Source: a virus
Taxonomy: Duplodnaviria; Heunggongvirae; Uroviricota; Caudoviricetes
Direction: 5' to 3' (one strand)
DNA: 64,000 bases
Virus record (IMG/VR): IMGVR_UViG_3300012983_000030
In this document: piece after piece, positions 26,852 to 36,646 of the stretch
Layout: each line of letters begins with the position of its first letter
Position numbering within the stretch: the stretch's first letter is position 1
Program-made: the position numbers and the translations under genes
Notes under the pieces: generated by a model
The model's database searches: none
Told to the model about the DNA's origin: nothing
Seen by the model: the letters and a program-made list of their open reading frames with translations, nothing else

Positions 26852-28066
26852 ATGCAAAATGTTACAAAATTAGAAAATGGACTGACTATAGTAACTCAAA
26901 ACAAAGATTTTAATAATTTATCCATTGGCATTTGGGTAAAAGCTGGTTTATTAACCGAAACTCCAGAAATTAATGGTATTTCTCATTTTCTAGAGCATAT
27001 GGCATTTAAAGGTACTACTACAAAAAATGCTAAAGAATTAATTGATAGTATTGAACAAATTGGTGCGCAATGTAATGCATATACTTCTACAGATCATACC
27101 TGTTATTATGTTAATTTATTGCCAGAATATTGGAAACAAGGTATTGATTTTTTATCAGATATTGTTCAAAATTCTACTTTTCCCGAAGAAGAAATCGAAA
27201 GAGAAAGAAATGTTATTTTACAAGAATTAAAAGCTTCTTTAGATGATCCTACTAATATTGCTTTTTATGCATTTATGGAAAATGTATACAAAGATCAAAT
27301 ATTAGGTAAAAAGATTTTAGGTACGGAAGAAAACATTAAACGTTTTACTAAACAAGACTTTATAAACTATGTTACCGCGGGCTATGTCGGTGATAATATG
27401 GTAATTTCTGCTTGTGGTAATATAAATCATGAGGAATTCGTAGAATATATAAAAGTTTTGTTTAAAAATTTACAAAAAGAATCTAAACTAACATTTAATG
27501 CTACTAAATATAATACAACAGATATAGTTGTAGAAAAAGATATTCAACAAGCATATTTGATGCTTGGATTAGAAGGAATTTCTATGATGCACGAAGATAG
27601 ATACAAATTAAAAGTGTTTAACGCTATCTTTAATGGTGGAATGTCTTGTAGACTTTTTCAAGAAGTTAGAGAAAAACATGGATTAGGATATATTATTACC
27701 ACTATGTTAGAAAAATTTCCAGATTCTGGTTTCATAAGTATTTTCGCCGGTGTAGAAAAAGAAGATTTAGATAAAACAATTAAAGTATGTAAAGAAGTAT
27801 TGAATACTATGAAAACTTCTATTAGTGAGCAAGAATTAGAAAAAGCAAAAAATACTATTTTGTATGGATTAGCAGTAAGTTGTGATAAATGCTTTGGTTT
27901 AGCACAATATAATGCTGAAAGTTTACTATTTAAAGGTAGTATTGAATCATTTGATGATATTAGAAATAACATTATGTCATTAACAGTAAAAGATATTTAT
28001 GATTTTTCTGATAAATATTTAAATGAAAAATATGCTACTGTAATTATCAAACCTTTAGATAAATAG
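26852..28066 (+). CDS. M16 family zinc peptidase (pitrilysin/MPP-like)
   Basis: LENGLTIVT...GISHFLEHMAFKGT (HxxEH)...NAYTS...ERERNVILQE...GGMSCRLFQEVREKHGLGY. Confidence 0.95.
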   Translation: MQNVTKLENGLTIVTQNKDFNNLSIGIWVKAGLLTETPEINGISHFLEHMAFKGTTTKNAKELIDSIEQIGAQCNAYTSTDHTCYYVNLLPEYWKQGIDFLSDIVQNSTFPEEEIERERNVILQELKASLDDPTNIAFYAFMENVYKDQILGKKILGTEENIKRFTKQDFINYVTAGYVGDNMVISACGNINHEEFVEYIKVLFKNLQKESKLTFNATKYNTTDIVVEKDIQQAYLMLGLEGISMMHEDRYKLKVFNAIFNGGMSCRLFQEVREKHGLGYIITTMLEKFPDSGFISIFAGVEKEDLDKTIKVCKEVLNTMKTSISEQELEKAKNTILYGLAVSCDKCFGLAQYNAESLLFKGSIESFDDIRNNIMSLTVKDIYDFSDKYLNEKYATVIIKPLDK

Positions 28067-28076
28067 GAGGCGTATT

Positions 28077-28244
28077 ATGTTTATCGATAAATATAAGGTT
28101 CATCCAAAAAACCAAGAAGATTCTGAATTAGCTGAAGAATTTGAAAATAAAACTGAAGCTGAAAAAAGATGTGAAGAATTAAATGAAAAACTCAAAGAAT
28201 TAGAATGGGTAATTACATCTTTTATGGAAAATGTTGGTTTTTAA
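28077..28244 (+). CDS. Small hypothetical protein (55 aa, not in track)
   Basis: RBS AGGAGG; MFIDKYKVHPKNQEDSELAEEFENKTEAEKRCEELN... Confidence 0.55.
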   Translation: MFIDKYKVHPKNQEDSELAEEFENKTEAEKRCEELNEKLKELEWVITSFMENVGF

Positions 28245-28253
28245 AACAAAATC

Positions 28254-28285
28254 TGTTTTACTTTATTTATTATATACGTTATAAT
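28254..28285 (+). promoter_or_regulatory. Motif A early promoter
   Basis: TGTTTTACT-N17-TATAAT. Confidence 0.7.
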
Positions 28286-28306
28286 AAAATTATATAATAA
28301 ATAGGA

Positions 28307-29014
28307 GTGATAGACATGAAAAAAATATTTTTACTTTCGTTTTTATTAGGTTTCGCAACAATAGCAAACGCTGAATATAGTGATTTGCCTGCTATTCCTA
28401 AAGTAGAAGATTTAACAAAAGCACCTTTGTTACTTCAATGTGATGTATCAAGAAACGTTGTTACTAATCGTATAGATAGAGTAAATTCTGATATAATGGA
28501 TGATCACTATTGGTCAGAAGTAAACAGACAATCTTTTTACATTGTATTGTTTGGCAGCGCTTGGGAAGATATTGAAGAAAGTTGTTATGCATATCCAGCA
28601 TACGTAGAAACAACAACTCGTGTTCGTAGAGAATCTTACATGGAAAAGAAAGAATGCGAATTTGGACCAGTTGGTAGTGGTACTTATCAAATGCGTGATG
28701 CTTGGGGTGGATTTTTTACAATGGATGTACAAAATCATTATGCTTCAGCGACTTCTACTTGTAAAGTAAAAGTAAATGCAGCATTAGTCCAAGGAAATAT
28801 AAATAAAGTCAATTGGAGTAAACGTCAAAATTGTCAACAAGCTAAAAAACACTTTTTGAATCTAATCAAAGACCCTGATTATGGTAAAGATGCGATTCAT
28901 AGAGAATGGCAAAAAGAAAAATGTAGAGAAATCAGTTTACATGATTTTGAAGCTAAAACTGGATTGTTTGTAAGTAAATTTATACATGTAGTTGCGGAGG
29001 ATATAGTTCAATAA
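28307..29014 (+). CDS. Secreted/periplasmic Cys-rich protein
   Basis: Sec signal MKKIFLLSFLLGFATIANA/EY; six Cys in the mature part. Confidence 0.65.
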   Translation: MIDMKKIFLLSFLLGFATIANAEYSDLPAIPKVEDLTKAPLLLQCDVSRNVVTNRIDRVNSDIMDDHYWSEVNRQSFYIVLFGSAWEDIEESCYAYPAYVETTTRVRRESYMEKKECEFGPVGSGTYQMRDAWGGFFTMDVQNHYASATSTCKVKVNAALVQGNINKVNWSKRQNCQQAKKHFLNLIKDPDYGKDAIHREWQKEKCREISLHDFEAKTGLFVSKFIHVVAEDIVQ

Positions 29015-29574
29015 TGTCTACATATAAGCTACCTAATTTAATATATATAAGTAATTCAGGTGGAATCTATCAAAGTAATAAAACACTAAAACGTCTTAAA
29101 TATGTACTTGAATTAAGTGAAGAAAGAGTTACTTGTGAAATCGTAGATTCCATCCTTGGATTATATCGAATGCATGGTATTACAGATAATGAAGAATTTG
29201 AAGACATATTAAAAACTTGTAGATGTTGTATTTTTGTATTTGATACAAAACAAAAAAGATTAATACAAAGATTAATACGTCCATCATCATTACTACATTT
29301 AAAAAACGAGTTAACACATTCTGGTTTTATCTTTGCTTTTTATCAAGTATGTGCTACCGATGTTGATAACTCAGCTGTGTTAAATTTAACTTTAGCTAAG
29401 AAGAGAAAAAGTAAAGATACTTTTAAAGAAGTAGTTGATAAATCTGAATTAATTAATAAAATAACAAAAGAATATGTTGAAGTTAATAGAAAATATGTTT
29501 TACAATTAGTAAAAAATGAATTAAAAAAATATAATATTGAAATTAATAAAAACTTTAATGTGTATCTGGATTAA
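29014..29574 (+). CDS. Hypothetical protein
   Basis: 186 aa, TAATG coupling. Confidence 0.6.
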   Translation: MSTYKLPNLIYISNSGGIYQSNKTLKRLKYVLELSEERVTCEIVDSILGLYRMHGITDNEEFEDILKTCRCCIFVFDTKQKRLIQRLIRPSSLLHLKNELTHSGFIFAFYQVCATDVDNSAVLNLTLAKKRKSKDTFKEVVDKSELINKITKEYVEVNRKYVLQLVKNELKKYNIEINKNFNVYLD

Positions 29575-29580
29575 AGACAA

Positions 29581-29802
29581 ATGAAAAATAATATAAATAC
29601 TTTAAATGAAGAAGGAGCAGCTTGTTGTAAGAATTGTAAAAGAAAAAAGATAATAAGTTATCCATACATAAGTGTAGTAGATGATTTATTTTATGCAAGA
29701 TGCCCAAATTGTAATTATTATGATCAGTATGAGTTTTTAGCAGTAAGTAGAAAAAAAGCAATATTAAATTGGAATACTACAATGTTAGCTAAAAAAGAAT
29801 AG
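29581..29802 (+). CDS. Lar-like (restriction alleviation) Zn-ribbon protein
   Basis: CCKNC...RCPNC...SRKKAILNWN matches the Lar C-terminal AI..WN pattern. Confidence 0.5.
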   Translation: MKNNINTLNEEGAACCKNCKRKKIISYPYISVVDDLFYARCPNCNYYDQYEFLAVSRKKAILNWNTTMLAKKE

Positions 29803-29828
29803 CCTAGAATTATCTAGGCTTTTTTTTT
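29801..29828. terminator. Bidirectional terminator
   Basis: agcctaga/tctaggct with A-run before and T-run after. Confidence 0.8.
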
Positions 29829-29831
29829 ATT

Positions 29832-30266
29832 TTATATTTCGATTACGTTAACTCCAGCTTCTTCTGCTAATTTTTTAGCCATTTCTAAGTTAGTTTTCCA
29901 ATATTCTGAAACAGTATTATCTTTTTTTGAGTTTCTATAATAAATAGTTTTTATTCCAGATTGAATTATAATAGATGTACAATGTATACAAGAGGGATAA
30001 CCATAAACATAAATATCACAATCTGTTAAATCTTGTTTTGCATATAAAATTGCATTTTCTTCAGCGTGTAACATCAAAAGGCGCTTTATTTCTTTATCAT
30101 TAAGTCTTTCTGAATTATCATCAATTCCTTTAGCAAATCCATTAAAACCAGTACTAACTACCCTATTATTTTTATCTACAATTACGGCACCTATTTTATG
30201 ATTAGGATCTTTTGACATTGTAGATACTAATTCTGCCATTTTAATAAAATGATTTATCCATTTCAT
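29832..30266 (-). CDS. dCMP deaminase
   Basis: SKDPNHKIGAVIV...TGFNGF...HAEENAI...CIHC Zn motifs. Confidence 0.9.
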   Translation of the reverse strand: MKWINHFIKMAELVSTMSKDPNHKIGAVIVDKNNRVVSTGFNGFAKGIDDNSERLNDKEIKRLLMLHAEENAILYAKQDLTDCDIYVYGYPSCIHCTSIIIQSGIKTIYYRNSKKDNTVSEYWKTNLEMAKKLAEEAGVNVIEI

Positions 30267-30287
30267 ATTTAATCCTCTTGATTATTT

Positions 30288-30319
30288 TGTTTTACATTAT
30301 AAATATTTAATAGTATATT
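30288..30319 (+). promoter_or_regulatory. Motif A early promoter (divergent copy GTAAAACA at 30331-30338)
   Basis: TGTTTTACA-N17-TATATT. Confidence 0.65.
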
Positions 30320-30354
30320 ATTACAAATAAGTAAAACAAAAAAGAAGGTATTAC

Positions 30355-30654
30355 ATGAAAAAGTGGTATGTCAATAAAATATATAAAAGGGAAGGATATA
30401 AAGGTCCAAAAGTATTAGATGGACTTTTTTTATCTAAAGCTCATCCTAGACAAAAATCTAGAATAGGCTATGATGGATTATATTATGAAATCACAAGTAA
30501 TAAATACTTTCTTATAAGAGATGGTTTTAGCATAGAATCTGACAATGAAAAGGTCAATAATATCTTTGAAGCGATACGGATTTTACGTAATACTTTTACT
30601 GATTGCAATGAAAAAGCATTGAATCGTTTTATAAAGAAAATTGGAGAGCTTTAA
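30355..30654 (+). CDS. Hypothetical protein
   Basis: 99 aa, RBS GAAGG. Confidence 0.55.
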   Translation: MKKWYVNKIYKREGYKGPKVLDGLFLSKAHPRQKSRIGYDGLYYEITSNKYFLIRDGFSIESDNEKVNNIFEAIRILRNTFTDCNEKALNRFIKKIGEL

Positions 30655-32590
30655 TATGAATACTATATTATCTATTTTAGAAAAATGTAATGAGTCTTAT
30701 TCAAAAGGTCAAGTATATTGTTTAAAAGATGATGAAGTAAATATACTAGAAACTGAATTTAAGATTTCTTTGCCTACTACTTGGGTAGATGATTCAATAT
30801 ATGATACTATATATTATATGGCAAAAGAAAAATGGCCAAATGATAAATTTTTTAATAAATTGACATCTGATAATACTGGTTTTGGGCAAGATATTACTCA
30901 TGAAATACCAATGGGTAGTATGGAAGAACTAAAAGAAAATGATATTTTAAAATGGAAAAAAGGTCACACTAGTTTTATACTTTCTGATAAATTAGATGGA
31001 TGTTCTTTAATTCTCACTTATGAAAACAGTGAATTAAAAATCGCAGCAACAAGAGGTCATGGCACAGTAGGTAAAGATATATTAAGACATATTAAATATG
31101 TCGAAAATATTCCAATGAAAATTAAATGCAAACAAAAAATAATAGTTCGCGGTGAATTGTTATTTAAGAAAAACATGATTGAATCCATTTTAAAAGATAT
31201 TGAATTAAAAACAGGTAAAGCTCAAAAAAATGGTCGTAATACTATAGCTGGAGCATTAAATCGTAAAGATACTGTGATTGATATTTTTAAGAGTGCTAAG
31301 TTTGTTGCATATTGGACTTCCCTTAATCAAGGATTATCTTTTGAATTATTAGAAGCTTTAGGATTTAATGTGCCTTATTATCAATATGTATCTGATGAAA
31401 TTTTAAATGATGAAAATATGATTGATTATGTTAAAACACGTATGAAATTTTCTGATTATGAATTAGATGGTATCATATTAACACAAGTAGATAATGTTGA
31501 AACTGGTTTTGTTGGAGGTACTATAAATCCAAAATGCAGTCGTAAATTTAAATTAGGTATATATGATAATATTGCAGAATCTACAGTAACTAACATAAAT
31601 TGGCAAATAAGTAGATGGGGAGTATTTACTCCTGTATTAGAAATCGAACCGGTTGAAGTAGCCGGTGCCACAATTACTAACATTACTGCACATAATTATG
31701 GTAATGTTATAAAAACTAAATGTGGAATAGGTGCTAGAATTAAATTTAAGCGTGCTGGTTTAGTTATTCCTAAACTAGAAGAGGTTTTGATACCTTCTGA
31801 AGATTTTAATTTACCTAATTGTAAAACTGAAGTAAATGGTGTTGATTTACAATATATTTGGAGTGAGGAAACAGAAGATTTTCAAACAGAGATGAATATT
31901 CGTAAATTAGAATATTTTGGATCAAAATTAGAGATAGATCAGCTCGCTTATGGTAATTGTGCTAAGATATATAATTATATTTTAAATACTGAAAATAAAA
32001 GATTAGAGCCATATAAGATTTTTGAGCTCCCAGAAGGCTTAATTTCTACTTTAATAGGAAAGAATGGGGAAAAGATAGAAGCTAGTCTAAAAGCCAAAAA
32101 AAGTACCTTTACGGAGGTTAAATTTGCAGCTGCTAATGGTACTTTCGGTCCAGATATTGGTGAAAGAGTATTACAATTAGTTTGGAATAAATATGGTACT
32201 TTAGAAAATATGACTAAAGAAAAATTACAAGCTATTGATGGATTCGGTGAATCTAGAATAGAACAATATCTTGAATATGAGCATTTTTGGTATACAGAAA
32301 AAGTACATATGCAACTATTTGGATATAACATAATTTTTATTGATGATAAACCGATTTTAGAATCAAATTGTTGTGCTACATATAATGTTTGCTTTTCTGG
32401 TGTAAGAGATAATGCTTTAATGGAATATATAAATAAAAATGGTGGAAAAGCATCTGATAAATGGAATAAAAATGTAAATTATTTAGTAGTAAAAGATATT
32501 AATGGCACTTCTAGTAAAATAGAAAAAGCTAAAAAAATAAATTGTAAGATTATTACTTTAGAGGAAATTAAAAATGAATTACGAATTTGA
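30641..32590 (+). CDS. ligA: NAD-dependent DNA ligase
   Basis: DDSIYD (Ia), KLDG, ATRGHGTVGKDI, VRGE, YELDGII, RAGLVIPK, C-terminal BRCT (FSGVRD...NYLVV). Confidence 0.95.
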   Translation: MESFNMNTILSILEKCNESYSKGQVYCLKDDEVNILETEFKISLPTTWVDDSIYDTIYYMAKEKWPNDKFFNKLTSDNTGFGQDITHEIPMGSMEELKENDILKWKKGHTSFILSDKLDGCSLILTYENSELKIAATRGHGTVGKDILRHIKYVENIPMKIKCKQKIIVRGELLFKKNMIESILKDIELKTGKAQKNGRNTIAGALNRKDTVIDIFKSAKFVAYWTSLNQGLSFELLEALGFNVPYYQYVSDEILNDENMIDYVKTRMKFSDYELDGIILTQVDNVETGFVGGTINPKCSRKFKLGIYDNIAESTVTNINWQISRWGVFTPVLEIEPVEVAGATITNITAHNYGNVIKTKCGIGARIKFKRAGLVIPKLEEVLIPSEDFNLPNCKTEVNGVDLQYIWSEETEDFQTEMNIRKLEYFGSKLEIDQLAYGNCAKIYNYILNTENKRLEPYKIFELPEGLISTLIGKNGEKIEASLKAKKSTFTEVKFAAANGTFGPDIGERVLQLVWNKYGTLENMTKEKLQAIDGFGESRIEQYLEYEHFWYTEKVHMQLFGYNIIFIDDKPILESNCCATYNVCFSGVRDNALMEYINKNGGKASDKWNKNVNYLVVKDINGTSSKIEKAKKINCKIITLEEIKNELRI

Positions 32591-32939
32591 TCCTTCTGTA
32601 GTGAGTATAAGCAGTGCTTTAAATTCTGTTACAGATTTTTCATCTACAAGCCTTTTATCTCGGTCGAGTACTAATAATAAAATCTATTTACAAACATCAG
32701 AACGTAAAATTGATGTTGATACTATATTAACAAAAGAAGATTTAGCTACTAATAAACAACTTGCATATCAAGCTATTTATGAAGCATTAATTTCTGAAAT
32801 TCCAGAAAAAGCAGATGAATATAAAACATTGTGTAAACTATATAATTGTAATTATAGGACAGTTGTATTACTCATAGAAAGTGAAAACTTAAAAAAAGAG
32901 AATAAACAGTTACAAGGAGCTTTGAAAAATGACTTCTGA
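32574..32939 (+). CDS. Hypothetical protein (paralogue of next gene)
   Basis: LCKLYNCNYRTVVLLIE. Confidence 0.6.
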   Translation: MNYEFDPSVVSISSALNSVTDFSSTSLLSRSSTNNKIYLQTSERKIDVDTILTKEDLATNKQLAYQAIYEALISEIPEKADEYKTLCKLYNCNYRTVVLLIESENLKKENKQLQGALKNDF

Positions 32940-33216
32940 TGCATTTGGTTATATGAATTATGATCCTAACGTTGCAGCATATCCATCTGATGAAAAAGTG
33001 TACTATCAAATTACACCAATTGATATTCAAATATGTTATAAAAAATTATTTGATATGTACTGTGGATCATTTTTAGAAAGAAAAGGTGAATTTTTATCAT
33101 TGTTACGTTTATATAATGGTGATTATAGACGAACTGTGATTACAATAGAAACTCAATTACTTTCAAAAGAAAGTGAAAAAATGGCAGAAGTATTTTCAAC
33201 TAAAGTAGAAGAATAA
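32929..33216 (+). CDS. Hypothetical protein (paralogue of previous gene)
   Basis: LLRLYNGDYRRTVITIE. Confidence 0.6.
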   Translation: MTSDAFGYMNYDPNVAAYPSDEKVYYQITPIDIQICYKKLFDMYCGSFLERKGEFLSLLRLYNGDYRRTVITIETQLLSKESEKMAEVFSTKVEE

Positions 33217-33221
33217 CAATT

Positions 33222-33989
33222 TTGGCTTTACATTTTACAAAAAATTATATAAAATTATATAATGTAAAGGAGATTAATATAATGGTTATAAAATGTGATA
33301 AATCAAAAGTAATTAAAAGATCAAAAGAACGCACTGCTCGTATTGGTAAAACGAGTATATATAACATTATATATAATCATAATGAGCTATCATTTACTGA
33401 AAAAGTAAATTATATACGTCATCATTATACTCACTACGAAGGAAATTATGAATTTTTTCATTATCCAAACGGTAAACCAAATAGATTAAAATTTGAATTG
33501 AATGAATTAATTCAAAACGTAGTTAGTAAAAAAGTAGATCCAAAAGAATTAAAAATCTTTAATAAAAGGGTCGATGCTTGGCGTAAAGAAAAAAGAAGGT
33601 TAGAAAAAGAAAAAAGAAAAAAACTTTTAGATGAGTTAAATAAAAGTTATTCAGAAATTAGACCAATTTCATTAACTACTATTAACTTATGGCTTTCTAA
33701 AAAAGGTCCCACTTCTATTAGTAGCTGTGATGATATTGATTTAGTAAAAGCATATTTAATTAGTAAAGATTGTGAAATAAAAGATGGTCAACTTTTTAAT
33801 TATAAATATAAGCAAATAAAAGGTATGGCTAAAGCATGGTTACAAACTAGTAAAAATATACCTGAAGAACTAATTAAGAAGATACAAGAAGAAAATGAAC
33901 TTTTACGTAAACAAGCATTAGAATTACAAGAAATGTATGTATCTCCGGCTAATGACAATAACTATATAACAGATGAGGAGTTATTATAA
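33222..33989 (+). CDS. Hypothetical protein (likely start ATG near 33282)
   Basis: RBS AAGGAG before MVIKCDKS. Confidence 0.6.
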   Translation: MALHFTKNYIKLYNVKEINIMVIKCDKSKVIKRSKERTARIGKTSIYNIIYNHNELSFTEKVNYIRHHYTHYEGNYEFFHYPNGKPNRLKFELNELIQNVVSKKVDPKELKIFNKRVDAWRKEKRRLEKEKRKKLLDELNKSYSEIRPISLTTINLWLSKKGPTSISSCDDIDLVKAYLISKDCEIKDGQLFNYKYKQIKGMAKAWLQTSKNIPEELIKKIQEENELLRKQALELQEMYVSPANDNNYITDEELL

Positions 33990-34495
33990 TGCTTGAAAAA
34001 ACGCTTTTTGTTACAAGAGGTATTCCAGGAAGTGGAAAAAGTACATTTGTAAATAGACATTTGGCAAATACTACTATCATTTGTCCAGATGAATTACGTA
34101 TAAAATATGTAGGTATAAAAGAAACAGAAAATGGTCCACAAATTGATAACTCAAAAGATAAATTTATTTGGGATAAAGTTTTTCTTTTATTAGAAGAATC
34201 ATTAAAGACTAATACATATACTACATTAGACGCAACCTCTACAAAACAACATGATTTAAATAAATATTTAAAATTATGTCAAAAATATGGTGCTAAATTA
34301 GTAATAATTGATTTTTCTAAAATATCTCTTTTAGAATGTAAGTTACGTAATATTCAACGTGAAAAGTTTAGAATTGTACCAGAAGAAGTTTTAGACAGAA
34401 TGTATAAAAATTTACAAAATAAATTGACATCAGAATTACAAGAATGTCTAATAGATTTTGAAGATTTTATAAGAAAATATGAATTGAAAGGTTAA
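33989..34495 (+). CDS. Polynucleotide 5'-kinase (AAA_33-type, kinase domain only)
   Basis: RGIPGSGKST, CPDELR, LDATS, RNIQR...VPEEV. Confidence 0.85.
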   Translation: MLEKTLFVTRGIPGSGKSTFVNRHLANTTIICPDELRIKYVGIKETENGPQIDNSKDKFIWDKVFLLLEESLKTNTYTTLDATSTKQHDLNKYLKLCQKYGAKLVIIDFSKISLLECKLRNIQREKFRIVPEEVLDRMYKNLQNKLTSELQECLIDFEDFIRKYELKG

Positions 34496-35712
34496 TGATG
34501 AGCTATTATAATGATTTATTACAGTTTATAAAAGATAATGCCAATTGGATTGAATTATTGGCAAACGCTCCATATTTTATAACTGTTAAACAATGTCCTT
34601 TTAAAGACGATTCTGAAAATCTATTATATCCAGAATTATATATGTTTTCTTATAGTCAATTTGAAAGTGATTTTACTAATCCAATTGTAAAAGCTTGTCG
34701 AGGTAGCATTGTTTCGATTGAAAATAATGCACCTTATATGGTTTGTACGCCTTTTTACAAATTTGGTAATTATGGAGAAAATTATACAGATGAAATCGAT
34801 TGGGAATCTGTAGTTGTTAGAGACAAAGTAGATGGTTGTTTGATTAAATTATTTAATTATAAAAATCATTGGTATTGGATTACTAACAACGGTTGGGATA
34901 TTAAAGCAAATTTACCATCTGCTTTAAAATGTTGTTATGTAGAAAAAGCAACTGAAAATGCTAAAACTTTTGAAGATTTAATTCAATATACCTTAAAAGT
35001 TAATCATTTATCCTTTTCAGAAGAAAGTTTAAATCCAGACTATACGTATATGTTTGAATTAATATCTCCACAAAATAGAATAATTTGTGAATATGAAAAA
35101 ACTGAATTATATTTATTAGGTGGACGTAATAAACAAACCTATCAAGAATTTACTCCTGAACAACTACAGAAAGATTTTGAAAGTCTAAAATCTTTTAAAA
35201 TACCAACTGTATTTAATATTAATAATATTAATGATATTATTGCATTATGTAATTCATATTCTGACACTAAATATGAAGGAGTAGTAGTTTGTGATAAAAA
35301 CTTTAAACGTTTTAAAATTAAATGTGCTCATTATTTAGAAATAAAAGGGTTTAAGCATTTATTTGAAGGTTTTACTGATACAAAAATTTTTGAATCTTGG
35401 AAAAATGGTACAATAGATGATGTAATCGGTGTATTTCCAGCAATACAAACTCAATTAACTAAAATCAAAGAAGTATATGCAGAAGCCAAAAAAAGAATAG
35501 ATATGTTATTTCAATTGGCTAATATAAAATATACTGAATTACTTTTAGAAAAACGTACTAAAAAAGATTATGCTTTTTGGGTACAAAAAAATTTCAAAGA
35601 CTTGAGCAGTTTAATGTTTTTTGCAATTAAAGATGATGTAAAAATAGAAGACTTCATTTCACGTCTTAAATATGAACAAATTGAACAGTATGCTAATTTA
35701 TATAAGGAATAA
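34495..35712 (+). CDS. RNA ligase, T4 Rnl1-like
   Basis: KACRGSI, PFYKFGN, KVDG (motif I), FELISPQN, EGVVV, RFKIK. Confidence 0.85.
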   Translation: MMSYYNDLLQFIKDNANWIELLANAPYFITVKQCPFKDDSENLLYPELYMFSYSQFESDFTNPIVKACRGSIVSIENNAPYMVCTPFYKFGNYGENYTDEIDWESVVVRDKVDGCLIKLFNYKNHWYWITNNGWDIKANLPSALKCCYVEKATENAKTFEDLIQYTLKVNHLSFSEESLNPDYTYMFELISPQNRIICEYEKTELYLLGGRNKQTYQEFTPEQLQKDFESLKSFKIPTVFNINNINDIIALCNSYSDTKYEGVVVCDKNFKRFKIKCAHYLEIKGFKHLFEGFTDTKIFESWKNGTIDDVIGVFPAIQTQLTKIKEVYAEAKKRIDMLFQLANIKYTELLLEKRTKKDYAFWVQKNFKDLSSLMFFAIKDDVKIEDFISRLKYEQIEQYANLYKE

Positions 35713-35714
35713 AA

Positions 35715-36068
35715 ATGTTTTTTTCTAATACAGAAAATAAAAATTATTTATCGGTATATAATCGTATAAGACCGATACATTTGATATTTGTATCATTTTA
35801 TAATAAGCATTTTTCAGCAAGTAACAGAATGTATAGTTATGTTTGTGATGAAGAATTTTTAAAAAAATTACTAGATTTACAGTGCTTGGCTAATACAAAT
35901 ATTTCTAATAAGACTACTAACTATTTTATATGTTTGGATACATTACCTTCAGAGATACCAGCTTTAACTAAATTCTATAATAATGATTTAGTTAGCGTTT
36001 TTAAAACATATTTTGGATTAGCGGATTTAGATAAGTTATATAAAGGGGATGCAAATGTCATTGAATAA
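35715..36068 (+). CDS. Hypothetical protein, possibly degenerate BRCT-like
   Basis: NISNKTTNYFICLD resembles BRCT VSKKTDYLV. Confidence 0.5.
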   Translation: MFFSNTENKNYLSVYNRIRPIHLIFVSFYNKHFSASNRMYSYVCDEEFLKKLLDLQCLANTNISNKTTNYFICLDTLPSEIPALTKFYNNDLVSVFKTYFGLADLDKLYKGDANVIE

Positions 36069-36486
36069 TTTTATTAAACGTTTATTTAAAAAAGATAGTG
36101 TATATATACATTTGCCAGAAAGCATTTTTAAAGATAAAAAAATACTCTCATATGAAGATTTTTATAAAAAGTCTGGAATTTTAGAATATACTGAAAAAAT
36201 GCGTAAAGAAAATAAGTATAATACATATCATGTTGATAATGTAAGAGCTAATAATGAAACACAGCAAAAAATATTAGCTTTTATAACAAATAATTTAATA
36301 ACTACCAAAAATAAATATTCAAAAATGTATACTGAAAAAAAATTACGTGTAAATATTAGTTTTGAAGCTTTGATATTTGGTCCTTCTACTGATGAAAGTG
36401 TAAAAAACGATTATATTAAAATATTAAAACCTTTTAACAAACAATATAAATTAGTTACAGAGGAAATAGTAAATGGAAAACAATAA
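36049..36486 (+). CDS. Hypothetical protein
   Basis: 145 aa in operon. Confidence 0.55.
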   Translation: MQMSLNNFIKRLFKKDSVYIHLPESIFKDKKILSYEDFYKKSGILEYTEKMRKENKYNTYHVDNVRANNETQQKILAFITNNLITTKNKYSKMYTEKKLRVNISFEALIFGPSTDESVKNDYIKILKPFNKQYKLVTEEIVNGKQ

Positions 36487-36646
36487 AGAAAAAAATTTTA
36501 AAGAAATGTTTGGTTTAAAATTTGATAATGATGGTAAATGGACAGCCGAAGACATAGGTAATACACCGGTTGTGCCAAAAGCCAATAGAAAACAGCGTAG
36601 AGTAGCTAAAGTAATTTTGAGAAAAGCAAAGAAAAAGGTAAAATAA
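36473..36646 (+). CDS. Small basic protein (57 aa, not in track)
   Basis: MENNKEKNFKEMFG...ANRKQRRVAKVILRKAKKKVK; RBS GAGG. Confidence 0.55.
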   Translation: MENNKEKNFKEMFGLKFDNDGKWTAEDIGNTPVVPKANRKQRRVAKVILRKAKKKVK

